Of a stretch of 61,927 nt of DNA, positions 19,442 through 29,500 are shown one piece after another; positions within the stretch are counted from its first letter, which is position 1; each line of letters starts with the position of its first letter. A model generated the notes under the pieces. That model was given only the letters and a program-made list of their open reading frames with translations, was not told the origin of the DNA and searched no databases. This stretch comes from a virus (Duplodnaviria; Caudoviricetes), in the IMG/VR virus record IMGVR_UViG_3300027851_000029, positions 1 to 61,927 of that record; one strand, given 5' to 3'. Both the position numbers and the translations under genes were made by a program.

Positions 19442-19968
19442 TCGACGTTCACGTCCTGACCCACGCTGGAACCCGGATCGACTGGCTGGCCGAATGCCTG
19501 CGCTCGCTGGAGGATGAGCCCTGCACGGTGCACGTCATCCGCAACATGGGCGGCACGGTGGGACATGGCCGCGCGCAAGGCTACCAGCGGGGCTCGCACC
19601 CGTTCGTGACCTACGTGGACAGCGATGACTTTGTGTACCCGGGCGTGATGGCGGCCGTCATCGAAGGGCTCAAGACACACGCCAGCGTCTGCACCCATGA
19701 GATTGCCTTGCACAACGGTGTAGGGTTTTTCAGAAAGCCTCGCGGTGGTCACAATCTGTTCGCAGCCCGTCGAGAGGCGATTGAACCGCTGCTGGACCAC
19801 ATGGAAACCATCGACTACCTGAGCGATGTCATGGTTCGAAGGCACCTGAAACCTGCGCAACTGGACTTTGTGGGCTACGCATGGCGGCTGCACGAAGGAC
19901 AGGCCCATAGGAACATCAACGGCGCCATGTTGCGCCAAGAGATTGAGAGGTGCCAATGGCGCAACTGA
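19438..19968 (+). CDS. glycosyltransferase, GT-A fold (GT2-like)
   Basis: IDVHVL..WLAECLRSL, GRAQG, FVTYVDSDD (DxD); ATGA-coupled to the upstream gene. Confidence 0.8.
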   Translation: MIDVHVLTHAGTRIDWLAECLRSLEDEPCTVHVIRNMGGTVGHGRAQGYQRGSHPFVTYVDSDDFVYPGVMAAVIEGLKTHASVCTHEIALHNGVGFFRKPRGGHNLFAARREAIEPLLDHMETIDYLSDVMVRRHLKPAQLDFVGYAWRLHEGQAHRNINGAMLRQEIERCQWRN

Positions 19969-21767
19969 TTAAGAACCAAGCGATCACGTACATTCCCGGA
20001 ACCGCTGGGCGGCCAGGATATCCCGGCCAGCCCTATCGCTCGGCCAGGACGACGACATCCCGCGTGCAGGTGTGCAGTTACACGCCAGCCTTGCCGCTGA
20101 ATATTCTCACGCAATCGACGTACAACACCAGCTACCGCACCCCATCTGGCGGCAAGCGCTGCACCATGCAGACAGTCACGATCTACCAGGCCGAGCAGCC
20201 GTATATCGCACCCATCCCGTCGGTCCCCGCATCGCCGGCAACCATCATCTACAACTTCAAGCTGGGGTGGAATGGTCGCGCGCGCTCGATTGACTTCCTG
20301 AAAGGCCCGGGTCGCTTCACATTCACCATCCCGGTATCGGACGTCGGCGCCGTGGTCGGCCTGTCGCGCTCACCACAGAAGGAAGGCTTCAACGACATCC
20401 TGCACGGCTTCTATGTCGCGCACGGTGTCATCCGGGTCTACGAATCCGGCGTCGAGGTGTTGTACGTCGGCGGCATCCCGAATGCGGTGCTGTCGATCAC
20501 GCGCACCAATGGCACCATCGAATACCGGGTGAACGGCACGCTGGAGCACACCGGAACGGACGCGGGCGGGTCAATGTACCTCGCTGCCTCGCTGTATTCC
20601 GGCGGCGATTCTGTGCTCGCCTACAGCATGGTCGAATGGGGCGAGTCGGTGATGGATTCCGGCTTCAAGCCCATGCAGGGCTTCATGGGAACCGAGTCCT
20701 ATGCCGGGGCCGCTGGATCGTTCAAGCCCATGACAGGCAGCATGAGCAGCATCCGACGCGCGCAGATGTCGGGGTCAACGAAGCCCATGGTCGGCAACCT
20801 GGCGGACGGCACCGGGTATTGCCAGATCACCAGCTCATTCAAGCCCATGACGGACGAGGTGTATGGCTTCGGGCTGGAGCCTGAATACAGCCTTGGCTAT
20901 GGCTTCATGCTACCCATGCAGGGCGTGATGACCTGCCTCACGGGCCGCATCGCCAGCATGGCGAGCTCGACCAAGCCAATGTCGGGTTGGATGGCAGATC
21001 GACCATATGCCAGCATTCAGAGCGACCTCAGCCCCATGGTTGGCTACGCAGAAAACTACCTGCTGCCCGGCCAGGGCGTGCTGACCAACTACCTGTTCGG
21101 CGTCACCAACATGACGGCCGGCGTGACGCTGTACGCGATCATCGACGCCAACATGCAGGTGACCGGCCTGATGCAGGTGCAGACCACGGCCACCGGCAAC
21201 ATCCCGGTTGGGCTGTCGGCTTCGGCCTCGATGGAGGTGCAGCTCACGGTCAAGGCGTTCATCGAATCCCTGTTCCAGCCATCGGCGGGCGCTTTCGATC
21301 AGGCCGGCGAACCGCTGACGGTCTGGGCGCTGAACATGGACATGAACGGGTCCACCCGTTACGAGGGCTACGACTTCAACAGCTTCGCCGAAATTGGAGG
21401 CCTGTACTACGGCGCCAAGTACGACGGCCTGTACCTGCTGGAAGGCCCGGACGACGCCGGCACGGCGGTGGACGCCTCGGTGAATTTCGGCAACCTGAAC
21501 TTTGGCACCATCGCGCGCAAGGCGCTGCCGTACCTGTACTGCGGTGTGGCATCAAACGGAAACCTGATCCTCAAGGTGGTGGCCGAGGGCGCGACCCACC
21601 TCTACACCGTGCGCGACAACACCGAGCTTTTGAAGGCGCACCGCTTCGAGCCAGGGCGCGGCCTGCGCGCCAGCTACTACGACATCACGATCATGAACGA
21701 AGGCGGCACGGCGTTTGACCTGGCCGAAATCGAGTTCTTCCCGCTTGCACTTTCGAGGAAACTGTAA
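19956..21767 (+). CDS. virion/tail protein with internal KPM-x-G repeats
   Basis: Long ORF with conserved-looking C-terminus (TRYEGYDFNSFA...GRGLRASYY). Confidence 0.7.
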   Translation: MAQLIKNQAITYIPGTAGRPGYPGQPYRSARTTTSRVQVCSYTPALPLNILTQSTYNTSYRTPSGGKRCTMQTVTIYQAEQPYIAPIPSVPASPATIIYNFKLGWNGRARSIDFLKGPGRFTFTIPVSDVGAVVGLSRSPQKEGFNDILHGFYVAHGVIRVYESGVEVLYVGGIPNAVLSITRTNGTIEYRVNGTLEHTGTDAGGSMYLAASLYSGGDSVLAYSMVEWGESVMDSGFKPMQGFMGTESYAGAAGSFKPMTGSMSSIRRAQMSGSTKPMVGNLADGTGYCQITSSFKPMTDEVYGFGLEPEYSLGYGFMLPMQGVMTCLTGRIASMASSTKPMSGWMADRPYASIQSDLSPMVGYAENYLLPGQGVLTNYLFGVTNMTAGVTLYAIIDANMQVTGLMQVQTTATGNIPVGLSASASMEVQLTVKAFIESLFQPSAGAFDQAGEPLTVWALNMDMNGSTRYEGYDFNSFAEIGGLYYGAKYDGLYLLEGPDDAGTAVDASVNFGNLNFGTIARKALPYLYCGVASNGNLILKVVAEGATHLYTVRDNTELLKAHRFEPGRGLRASYYDITIMNEGGTAFDLAEIEFFPLALSRKL

Positions 21768-22723
21768 TGGCCACCGTTGACCAAATCATTGACCGCTCCA
21801 TCGCGCTGGGCGACCTGAAAGCCGCGCAGTCCGAGGCCTACGGCGGGCAGGCCGTCAACGCCGCCACCGGGCACGGCGACGTGTTTGCGCCCAGCATCGA
21901 GAATACGCCGAACATCCGGGAACCCAGCGTCATCATCCCGAGCCGCGCAACAGGGGTGGACAGCGCTCTGTTCGACTCGACCTATGACAGGATCATGGGC
22001 GACTTCACGGACAAGTACGCGGACTTCATCGTCAGGTACTTCCCGTTGAACCCCGCCTTGATGGCCGCCGTTGAAAGCTGGTTGCAATCGGCCATCGCTG
22101 GCGGGACCGGCATCAATGCCAATGTGGAACGTGGCATCTGGCAGCGCGACCGCGACCGCATCACCAACGAGTTTCAGGCCGCGGCCGACGAGGCCGTGGG
22201 TTCATGGGCTGCGCGAGGCTTCCCGCTGCCTCCAGGCGCCGCGGTGGCCACGGTGCAGGACATCGCCCGCAAACGCTCCGCCGCCCTGGCCGCCGTTAGC
22301 CGGGACGCCGCCATCAAGGCCTTCGAGACTGAAATCGAGAACGTGCGCTTCGCCATCACAACCGCCATCGACTACCGCAGCAAGGCCATCAGCGCGGCCG
22401 GCGACTACATCCGGGCCCTGGCGCTGGGTCCGCAGCTCGCAACGCAACTGGCGACCGAGGCTTCCGGAGCGCAGGCCCGGCTGATTTCTGCCGCCGCCGG
22501 GTTCTTCAATGCCCGCATCAGCGCGGCACAGCTGGCGCAGCAGAAGAACATCGCCGAGGCCGACATGGAAATGCGCGCAGCCATTCAGACCGATGAGGGC
22601 CGGGTCCGGTACGTGCAGATCAAGTCGAACGCCGCGCTGGGTGTGGCGCAGTCGCTGGGCACCCAGGCCGCTGCCGCCCTGAACGCCGTCAACGCCACGG
22701 TTCAAAAGATCGTGAGCGAGTGA
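21767..22723 (+). CDS. internal virion (ejection) protein
   Basis: Ala-rich and helical, AARGFPLPPG motif; TAATG overlap. Confidence 0.65.
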   Translation: MATVDQIIDRSIALGDLKAAQSEAYGGQAVNAATGHGDVFAPSIENTPNIREPSVIIPSRATGVDSALFDSTYDRIMGDFTDKYADFIVRYFPLNPALMAAVESWLQSAIAGGTGINANVERGIWQRDRDRITNEFQAAADEAVGSWAARGFPLPPGAAVATVQDIARKRSAALAAVSRDAAIKAFETEIENVRFAITTAIDYRSKAISAAGDYIRALALGPQLATQLATEASGAQARLISAAAGFFNARISAAQLAQQKNIAEADMEMRAAIQTDEGRVRYVQIKSNAALGVAQSLGTQAAAALNAVNATVQKIVSE

Positions 22724-22742
22724 CGCCCATAGGGTTCGACGG

Positions 22743-22759
22743 GTCTATTCTCATTAGAC
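22743..22759. promoter_or_regulatory. repressor operator-like site upstream of tnpB
   Basis: GTCTAT-N5-TTAGAC has half-sites identical to the reverse complement of 57029-57045; overlaps TTCTCA-N17-CATAAT (22748-22776). Confidence 0.6.
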
Positions 22760-22846
22760 AAGCTCCGAGGCATAATGCTGGCATGGATATCAATCAGTTC
22801 TCGGTTCGATGTTTGCTCGCCCGTTGAGCTGGAGGGCCTTGACCGC

Positions 22847-24112
22847 ATGAGCGCGCCTGCCATCACACGAGCAACCGTGCTGCGCCTGTACCCAAATCAG
22901 CAGCAGGCATCGTCCCTGCGCCGATGGCAGGGAGTGCTGCGCTACGTCTGGAATGCAGCACTGGACTGCATGTTCACGTCACGCGACATCAACGGCCGCT
23001 GGCCCACGAAGGCCGAGATCCAGACCCTGATCGTTGGGATGAAGAAAATGGAGGGGACCGAGTGGATCTCCGACATCCCCGCTCACGCGCTGCTGACGCT
23101 GGCCGACGATCTGCACAAAGCGTTGCTCAACTGGTTCAACAGTCTCTCGGGCAAGCGCAAAGGCCCAAAGATTGCCCGACCACGCTTCCGAGGAAAGTTT
23201 GCCCGGCAGTTCTCGATCTACATGGTCAACCAGAACACTTCGTTCGGCGAGGGCCAGGTCAAACTGCCCAAGCTGGGCCTGGTGAAGTATCGGGGCGGCG
23301 ACCTCCCTTCCGGTCGCCTGCTGTCCAGTCGCGTCTACCGCGAGGCGGACAAGTGGTACATGGCCAGCATCTTCGAGTGCACTGCACCGGAGGTGAATGC
23401 CGCACCTGTTGAATGCGTTGGCATCGACATGGGCCTCAAGACGTTGGCCACCATCTATGACGGTCATAGCATCCGCGAGGTGCCAAAGTTGGGCGCCCTG
23501 CGAAAGCATGAGCAGAGGCTGAAGCGATACCAGCGACGGATGAGCCGCCGTGTCAAGGGGAGCAACCGCCGCAACCGTGCCAAGCTGGCCATCGCACGGC
23601 TGCACCAGCGCATCGCCAACATCCGCAAGGACTACGCGCACAAGGCCACCAGCGAGATCGTGGCCAGTGCGCAAACTATCAAGGTCGAGACCCTCAACGT
23701 CAAGGGCTGGGCGAAGAACCGAAGCATCTCCAAGAGCACCGCCGACGCCAGCGTCGGGATGTTCCTGAAAATGCTGCGCTACAAGGCCGCCTTGGCAGGC
23801 AGGAGCCTGGTTGAGGTTGGCCAATGGGAGCCGACCAGCAAGACCTGCAGCGACTGCGGTGCCCGTGAGCCCGGCGTGGTTCTGGGCGTCAGTCGATGGG
23901 TGTGCAGCGCCTGTGGCGCGATCCACGATCGCGATCACAACGCGGCAAAGAACATTTATGCGTACGGCGAGGAACGCCGAAACGTGACCGGCAACACGGT
24001 CGAAAGCGCGTGGACTGGTGGAGATCAGGCGGGAGCAATCTCGCCAGTGCCCCAGGTTGAAACGCGAATCTTGAAACGGGCCACGCGCGAGTCAAATCGC
24101 GCGCTTGCCTAA
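22847..24112 (+). CDS. tnpB: RNA-guided endonuclease TnpB
   Basis: N-terminal LRLYPN HTH, RuvC-I GIDMG, RuvC-II KVETL, Zn ribbon CSDC..CSAC, RuvC-III DRDHNAA; RBS GGAGG at 22831. Confidence 0.95.
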   Translation: MSAPAITRATVLRLYPNQQQASSLRRWQGVLRYVWNAALDCMFTSRDINGRWPTKAEIQTLIVGMKKMEGTEWISDIPAHALLTLADDLHKALLNWFNSLSGKRKGPKIARPRFRGKFARQFSIYMVNQNTSFGEGQVKLPKLGLVKYRGGDLPSGRLLSSRVYREADKWYMASIFECTAPEVNAAPVECVGIDMGLKTLATIYDGHSIREVPKLGALRKHEQRLKRYQRRMSRRVKGSNRRNRAKLAIARLHQRIANIRKDYAHKATSEIVASAQTIKVETLNVKGWAKNRSISKSTADASVGMFLKMLRYKAALAGRSLVEVGQWEPTSKTCSDCGAREPGVVLGVSRWVCSACGAIHDRDHNAAKNIYAYGEERRNVTGNTVESAWTGGDQAGAISPVPQVETRILKRATRESNRALA

Positions 24113-24151
24113 AGTAAATAATTCCGGGGTTCGACAAGCAAGTCTCGCACC
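23965..24151 (+). ncRNA. predicted omegaRNA scaffold plus guide (boundaries approximate)
   Basis: Hairpins overlapping the tnpB 3' end (CGGCG/CGCCG, GACCG/CGGTC, GGCGGGA/TCTCGCC, CGCGCGA/TCGCGCG); this is the established omegaRNA location. Confidence 0.55.
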
Positions 24152-24159
24152 AGAACAAT
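24123..24159 (+). promoter_or_regulatory. late promoter 5 (degenerate upstream box, TCCGGGGTT-N22-AACAAT)
   Basis: Same spacing as the other copies; copy 4 lies at 22728-22764. Confidence 0.55.
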
Positions 24160-24184
24160 CACTACATCAGAACAGGAGCCCACC

Positions 24185-26023
24185 ATGCAAGGCTTTCACC
24201 CGCAGAAACACAAGACCCAGCCGAAGAACTACGCCAATGGCGGCATCGTCAAGGGGCCAGGAAGCGGCACGTCCGATAGCGTTCCGGCCATGGTTCCCAA
24301 GGACGGCTACGTCATGCCAGCCGACTCCGTGCAGGCGCTGGGATTCAAGCCCGGCATGCGCGCTGTGCAGTTGAGTGATGGCGAGGCGGTGCTGAACCCG
24401 CAGCAGGTGCAGGCCGCTGGCGGGTTTCAGGCGCTGGATGCGATGAAGGCCGCCACGCACACGCCGGTACCCGAGCAGGGCGCAGAAGGGCAGAAGTTCT
24501 TTTTTGTCAACGGCGGGCCGCTGGACGATGAAAAGCGCAAGCCGTTCATGCCGACGCTGGCGCCCGAAGTGCAGCAGGGCATGACCAAGATGTACAGCGC
24601 CAGCATGCCGCCGCAGCCGCAGCCGACCCCAGCCGCCGTGCAGCCTCCTGCCGCGAGTGGTTTCGTTTCCAGCATGGAGCGGAATCAGCGCGCTCTTGAC
24701 GCATCGACGGCATCCGGCCCGGCAGTCCCGGCCGCAAAGCCGGTGAACCCGACAGAGGTCGAGGGCTGGAGAACCAAGGCGGTCATGGATGGGGCAGCCG
24801 AAGACGCGCAAGCCGCATGGGACCGCGGCCAGGTCGGGCAAGCTGCCGGCGCCGTGGCTCGTGGGGCCATCACAGCTGTACCGACAGCCATCGGAGAATT
24901 CGCCTACAACACCGTGGCGCCCGTTGCTGGTGCTGCGAAAGGCTTCTGGAATGGCCTGACTGGCGGTGCTGATGCCACTCAGATCCCGGTGACGCCGGCT
25001 CAGGCCGCGCCAGTTGTTCCGCCCGCCACCCAGGCGCAACCAGCCGATCGCCCGCCAGCCGCGACCCAGGCCGTGGCGCCATCCGGTCAGCCTGAAAAAC
25101 CAGGCACGCCAGCCGCCCAGGCGAACGCACAAGCCCCTGCTGTAACCCAAGTCGCACCCGGCGTGTTCCAGCACGGGCGCGGCCAGTTCAGCGACAACGC
25201 CGCCGGCATGGGCTTCAAGCCCGGCTTCACCGGCCAGCCCAGCGCGCAGAACATGGACGCCGCCGACAACCTGGCGCAGCGATCCGCTGCCCGTGGGTTC
25301 ACGCCGCAGGTTCAAGCCCCAGCGCCCGTGGCGTCTCAGAACCTCACGCCACCCGACACCGGGCAGGGCTATGGTTTCGGCCTGGCGAACTCCAGCCGCA
25401 TCCAGCAGCGCAACCTGTCGATGGATGTGCAGCAGAACAAGCCCGGTGCAAAACTGGCGCTCCAAGGATTCTTGCAGCAGCAGGCCGACGCACCAGGCCA
25501 GCAGATCGAGCGCGACCGACTGGCGCAGTCCGCGACCAACTCGGCCGCCGACCGTGGCTTCCGCTCGCAGGAACTGACCGCTCGCATGGGTGACTCAGCC
25601 GCCAATCGCGACCTGAAAGCACAGGAACTGGCCGACAACTCGGCGACGAACAGCATCAAGCGCGATGCCGCTGGCGTGGATCTGGAGACGGCGAAGCAGA
25701 TGCAGAAGCTGCAGAGCGACTACATCAATGCCAAGACGCCGGAAGCCCAGGCCGCAGCAGCGAAGAAGATCCAGACGCTGGCCGGCAAGCAGGACAAGGA
25801 CAACCGCTTCACGGTGGTTCCTGGCGGGCAGGAGTTCGATGCCGCGGCCGGCGTGATGCGCAACGTGCCTGCGCGCGTGCTGAACAACCAGACCGGGCAG
25901 TTTGTCGATGGTGGGCAAGGTGGGCAGGCGCAGCTTCCACCAGGCATGACGAAGCAAGTCGGGACATCGAACGGGAAGCCTGTCTATGAGGACGCCACCG
26001 GAAAGCGATTCATCGGAGGTTGA
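24185..26023 (+). CDS. internal virion (ejection) protein
   Basis: GGIVKGPGSGTSDSVPAM motif, Ala/Gln/Pro-rich; lies before the giant protein. Confidence 0.7.
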   Translation: MQGFHPQKHKTQPKNYANGGIVKGPGSGTSDSVPAMVPKDGYVMPADSVQALGFKPGMRAVQLSDGEAVLNPQQVQAAGGFQALDAMKAATHTPVPEQGAEGQKFFFVNGGPLDDEKRKPFMPTLAPEVQQGMTKMYSASMPPQPQPTPAAVQPPAASGFVSSMERNQRALDASTASGPAVPAAKPVNPTEVEGWRTKAVMDGAAEDAQAAWDRGQVGQAAGAVARGAITAVPTAIGEFAYNTVAPVAGAAKGFWNGLTGGADATQIPVTPAQAAPVVPPATQAQPADRPPAATQAVAPSGQPEKPGTPAAQANAQAPAVTQVAPGVFQHGRGQFSDNAAGMGFKPGFTGQPSAQNMDAADNLAQRSAARGFTPQVQAPAPVASQNLTPPDTGQGYGFGLANSSRIQQRNLSMDVQQNKPGAKLALQGFLQQQADAPGQQIERDRLAQSATNSAADRGFRSQELTARMGDSAANRDLKAQELADNSATNSIKRDAAGVDLETAKQMQKLQSDYINAKTPEAQAAAAKKIQTLAGKQDKDNRFTVVPGGQEFDAAAGVMRNVPARVLNNQTGQFVDGGQGGQAQLPPGMTKQVGTSNGKPVYEDATGKRFIGG

Positions 26024-26419
26024 TCATTCGCCGTCGAGCTTGCCGTGAAACGGCTTCAAGCCGGGTTGCGGTGCGTCGCTCAAAAACCTCTCAACCTCGC
26101 TTGGCTGGTCGGAATTCTCCACCGGCCTCGCGCGGTAGTCCTGCCAGTTGGCCAGAAGCATCAGCACCAGAATGAGCCAAGCCGACTTGATTGGCGTGTA
26201 CGGCCATGCGACCCTTGCTCGTTCAGGCGAAATCAGGGCCAGCACGCCGAACAGCACTGCCGCGATGATGGCCGCCCCAACGGGGAGCATGGCCCAGGCC
26301 TCAAACGGGCTGGAGTCGAAGTAGATCAACGGGTTTGCCAGCGCGATGACAGCCATGCCAGCGGCATGCCGGGCTACCGTGATTGCTATCGGTGTGCTTT
26401 TCTCTTGCGCAAGCTCCAT
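26024..26419 (-). CDS. membrane protein, about 3 TM helices (moron; candidate superinfection exclusion)
   Basis: RBS AGGAG and extended -10 TGcTATATT (26440-26448, minus strand); antisense to the late operon; ends LKPFHGKLDGE. Confidence 0.7.
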   Translation of the reverse strand: MELAQEKSTPIAITVARHAAGMAVIALANPLIYFDSSPFEAWAMLPVGAAIIAAVLFGVLALISPERARVAWPYTPIKSAWLILVLMLLANWQDYRARPVENSDQPSEVERFLSDAPQPGLKPFHGKLDGE

Positions 26420-26457
26420 GCCATTCTCCTGTTTGGCGCAATATAGCACCATCCCGG

Positions 26458-26494
26458 CATAGGGTTGGACGCCGAGCGACGCACCCGCGAAAGT
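26458..26494 (+). promoter_or_regulatory. late promoter 6, leaderless to the giant protein
   Basis: CATAGGGTT-N22-GAAAGT, ATG 6 nt later. Confidence 0.75.
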
Positions 26495-26500
26495 GCGGGG

Positions 26501-29500
26501 ATGGCGAACAACGACATCACTCCATTCGACGGCGAACTTGACGAAATCAAGCCAGCCACTATCAAACCGTTCGATGGGAGCCTGGATGGCGAAACACCAT
26601 CCCGAGGCTTCAAGGGTTGGGCGCAAGACATCGGCGCCACCGCATTGAAGGGTGCCATCGGCGTGCCCGAAGCCCTGGTTGGTCTGGCCGACATCCCAAC
26701 CGGTGGCGCAGTCGGAAAGTTCTTGGAGAACGAAGGCGGTTCTGTCGGCTTCCGGCCCAAGCAGGCCAAGGAAATCGCCAACGACTGGCACTCCGACGCC
26801 ACCAAGCAGGCGCAGCAGAAGTTCCAAGCCGCTGAAGGCATTGGCGGCAAGCTGCAGGCGGCCATCGAAAACCCCAGCATCATCGCCACGTCGATTGGCG
26901 AATCGCTTCCTGCCATGGGTGCCGGCGGTGTCGCAGCGCGCGGCCTGCTGGCGGCAACCCGACTCGGTGCCATGGGCGCCCAGGGCGCGGCCATTGCCGG
27001 CGCTGCCGGTGAAGGCGCGATGATGGCTGGCCAGCAGGCCGAATCCATCCGCCAGGAAACCGCCGATGGCTATCTGACGCCAGGACAGTCCGCTCTCGCA
27101 GCTGGAACCGGCCTGATCGGTGGCGTGGTCGGTGCTGCCAGCGGGCGACTCGCCAACAAGCTGGGCGTCGGCGACGTGGACACGATGGTTGCCCAGGGCG
27201 CCAAGGCCTTGAAGCCCGTCACGCCGCTGGTGCAACAGCAGGCCATCAAGAGCATTCCCAAGCAGATCATCCAGGGCGCCATCACAGAAGGTTTCCTCGA
27301 AGAATTGCCGCAGTCGGTGGCCGAGCAGGTGCTGCAGAACATCGCGCTGGGCAAAGACTGGCATCAGGACGTGGACGCCGCGATTGTGCTGGGCACCTTG
27401 TCGGGTGGCGCCATGGGTGGCGGTGCAGCCGGGTTCAAGGGCTACATGGACCGCAGCACAACAGGGCCGGCGCCTGTCACGCCGCCGAAGCCCGGCCTTG
27501 ACCGCATGCGCCAGGAGTACGAGGCCCGTCTCGCGCAGCTCGCGCAAGAGGAATCCGGCGAACCACAGGTACCCCAGACCACGCCGCCCAATGGCCGAGC
27601 CATCCTCGACGCTCAAGCAGCGCAGGCCAAGGCCGCCAAGGATGCGCAGACCGCAGCAAACCGCGCGGTGATGACGCCAGATGACGAGATTTTCCAATCG
27701 ACCGGCGCCACGGTGCCACGTTCGGTGCAGATGGGCCTGAACCCAGCCAAAGGCGCCATGAGCGCCGCCGCCGCCGTGGCCGTTGACACTGGCGCCGCCG
27801 ATCAGGTGCAGCAACAGAACGCGATGACACAGGCCGCAGAGGCTGCATCGCAGGAGGCAAAGAAGCCCGCCAAGAAGTACGCACACCGCGTCAATGGCAC
27901 GCTGGATGGCAAGCCGTTTCAAACCATGGTCATGGCCGAATCGCCAGATGAAGCCATGGTCGCAGCCGTCAAGGCATCGCATGGCCTGCAGCCTTCAGCC
28001 GCCGAACCCGTTTCCAAAACCGCAACCCCTACCGCAACCCCTACCGCAACCCCGGGAGAAACCACCCTTGAGCCTCAAGCCATTGAGCCCGTCCAAACAG
28101 TCGCGAAAGAACCGCAAGCACAACCAGCCGTCGAAGGAGTAACCGATGTTGCCGATCAAACCAAGGCCGTTGCTCCCATGGCGCAAGCGAGCGAACCTGA
28201 AACGCAGAATCCAGGCGGCGAAGGCGGCAGCCCAGAGTCTGGGCCAGCAAGCAGCGTACGCCCTGAAATCACTACAGCTCCCGCAGATCTGAAGCCACCG
28301 CGCGGCATCCTGGCCAAGAAGGCAGAAGCCGACGCAGCCCGAGCAGGAGCAAAGAATGAACAAGCCACCCAGCCCACCGCCGCCGACACCAGCCCAGCTA
28401 CGGCGCCAGCAGCAGGCCGCACTGGTGTTTCTGGAGTCGATGAACAGGGTGCCGTACCGGCATTGAGCAATGTCCAAAACCCACAGAGCCGACCCGCCGG
28501 AACCGAAACCCAAGCCGCGCCAGTTGAAGCGAGCACGCCAGCACGAGGCGATGCAGCCGCAGCCGCTGGAATTCCCGCAGCGGGACAAGACGCCGGTGTA
28601 CGGGCGGATGGGGTAAGCGACGAGGCGCCGACCGTACAGCAGTTGCGCGACATGCCGATTGACACAAAGGAGCAGGCCAAGGCCTACGCCGATGGCTACG
28701 CAAAACGACTGGCCGCAGAGGCCAAGTACGGGCAGGGCCGGTTCATCGGAGCCAATGAGAAGCCGTGGTCTGTTGCCAACGCTGACCTTGCAGAAAAGAA
28801 CGTCAGGGCCAATGAGGCGGCAGAACTGAACTACTGGCAGAAGCCATACGAAGATGCCATCAAGGAATTCCGATTCCAAGGATTGCCCCGCGCCAAGTGG
28901 GAAGCAGAGCGCAAGAAACGCGGCATGACAACCGAAGTTGCAGCACCTGGAGCCGGTGACGTCCAAGTCGATGGGGTGAAGATCGCCGAGGCCGCGCACC
29001 AGGCTGCGACCAGCCACAAGAACGACTTGCCGCAACCCACCGAGGCACAGAAAGAAGCTGGCAACTACGCCAAGGGCCACATCACGATCGGCGGCCTTGA
29101 CATCACGATCGAGAACCCAGCCGGCAGCAAGCGCCGCCCAGAGTGGCCCGCGCTCAAGAACCACTACGGCTACTTCAAAGGCTCCATTGGCGCCGACAAG
29201 GATCACGTTGACTTGTTCATGACCGACCGGGCTGGCGATGCCAGCCTGCCGGTGTTCGTGGTGGACCAGACCAACCGCGACGGCACGTTCGATGAACACA
29301 AGGTGATCATGGGCGCCGCCGACGAGGCCGAAGCCCGCGCGACCTACCTGCAAAACTACGAGAAGGGCTGGACCGGACTGGGCGCCATCACACAAATGTC
29401 GCAGGACGAGTTCAAGGCCTGGGTGCGCGACCCGGACAAGACAAAGAAGCCGGTGGCGCTCAAGCGTGGCGTGCTGGCGAAGATGGCAGCGCAGAAGGCA

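Larger units (their letters stand above)
22732..24135 (+). mobile_element. tnpB-only element bounded by the 9-bp direct repeat GGGTTCGAC
   Basis: Repeat copies at 22732-22740 and 24127-24135; deleting the interval rebuilds a single late promoter; no tnpA. Confidence 0.7.

Noticed and set aside
22847-24112. Nuclease-dead TldR or Cas12f with a CRISPR array
   Set aside because: All three RuvC acidic residues are present and no repeat-spacer array was seen in the window
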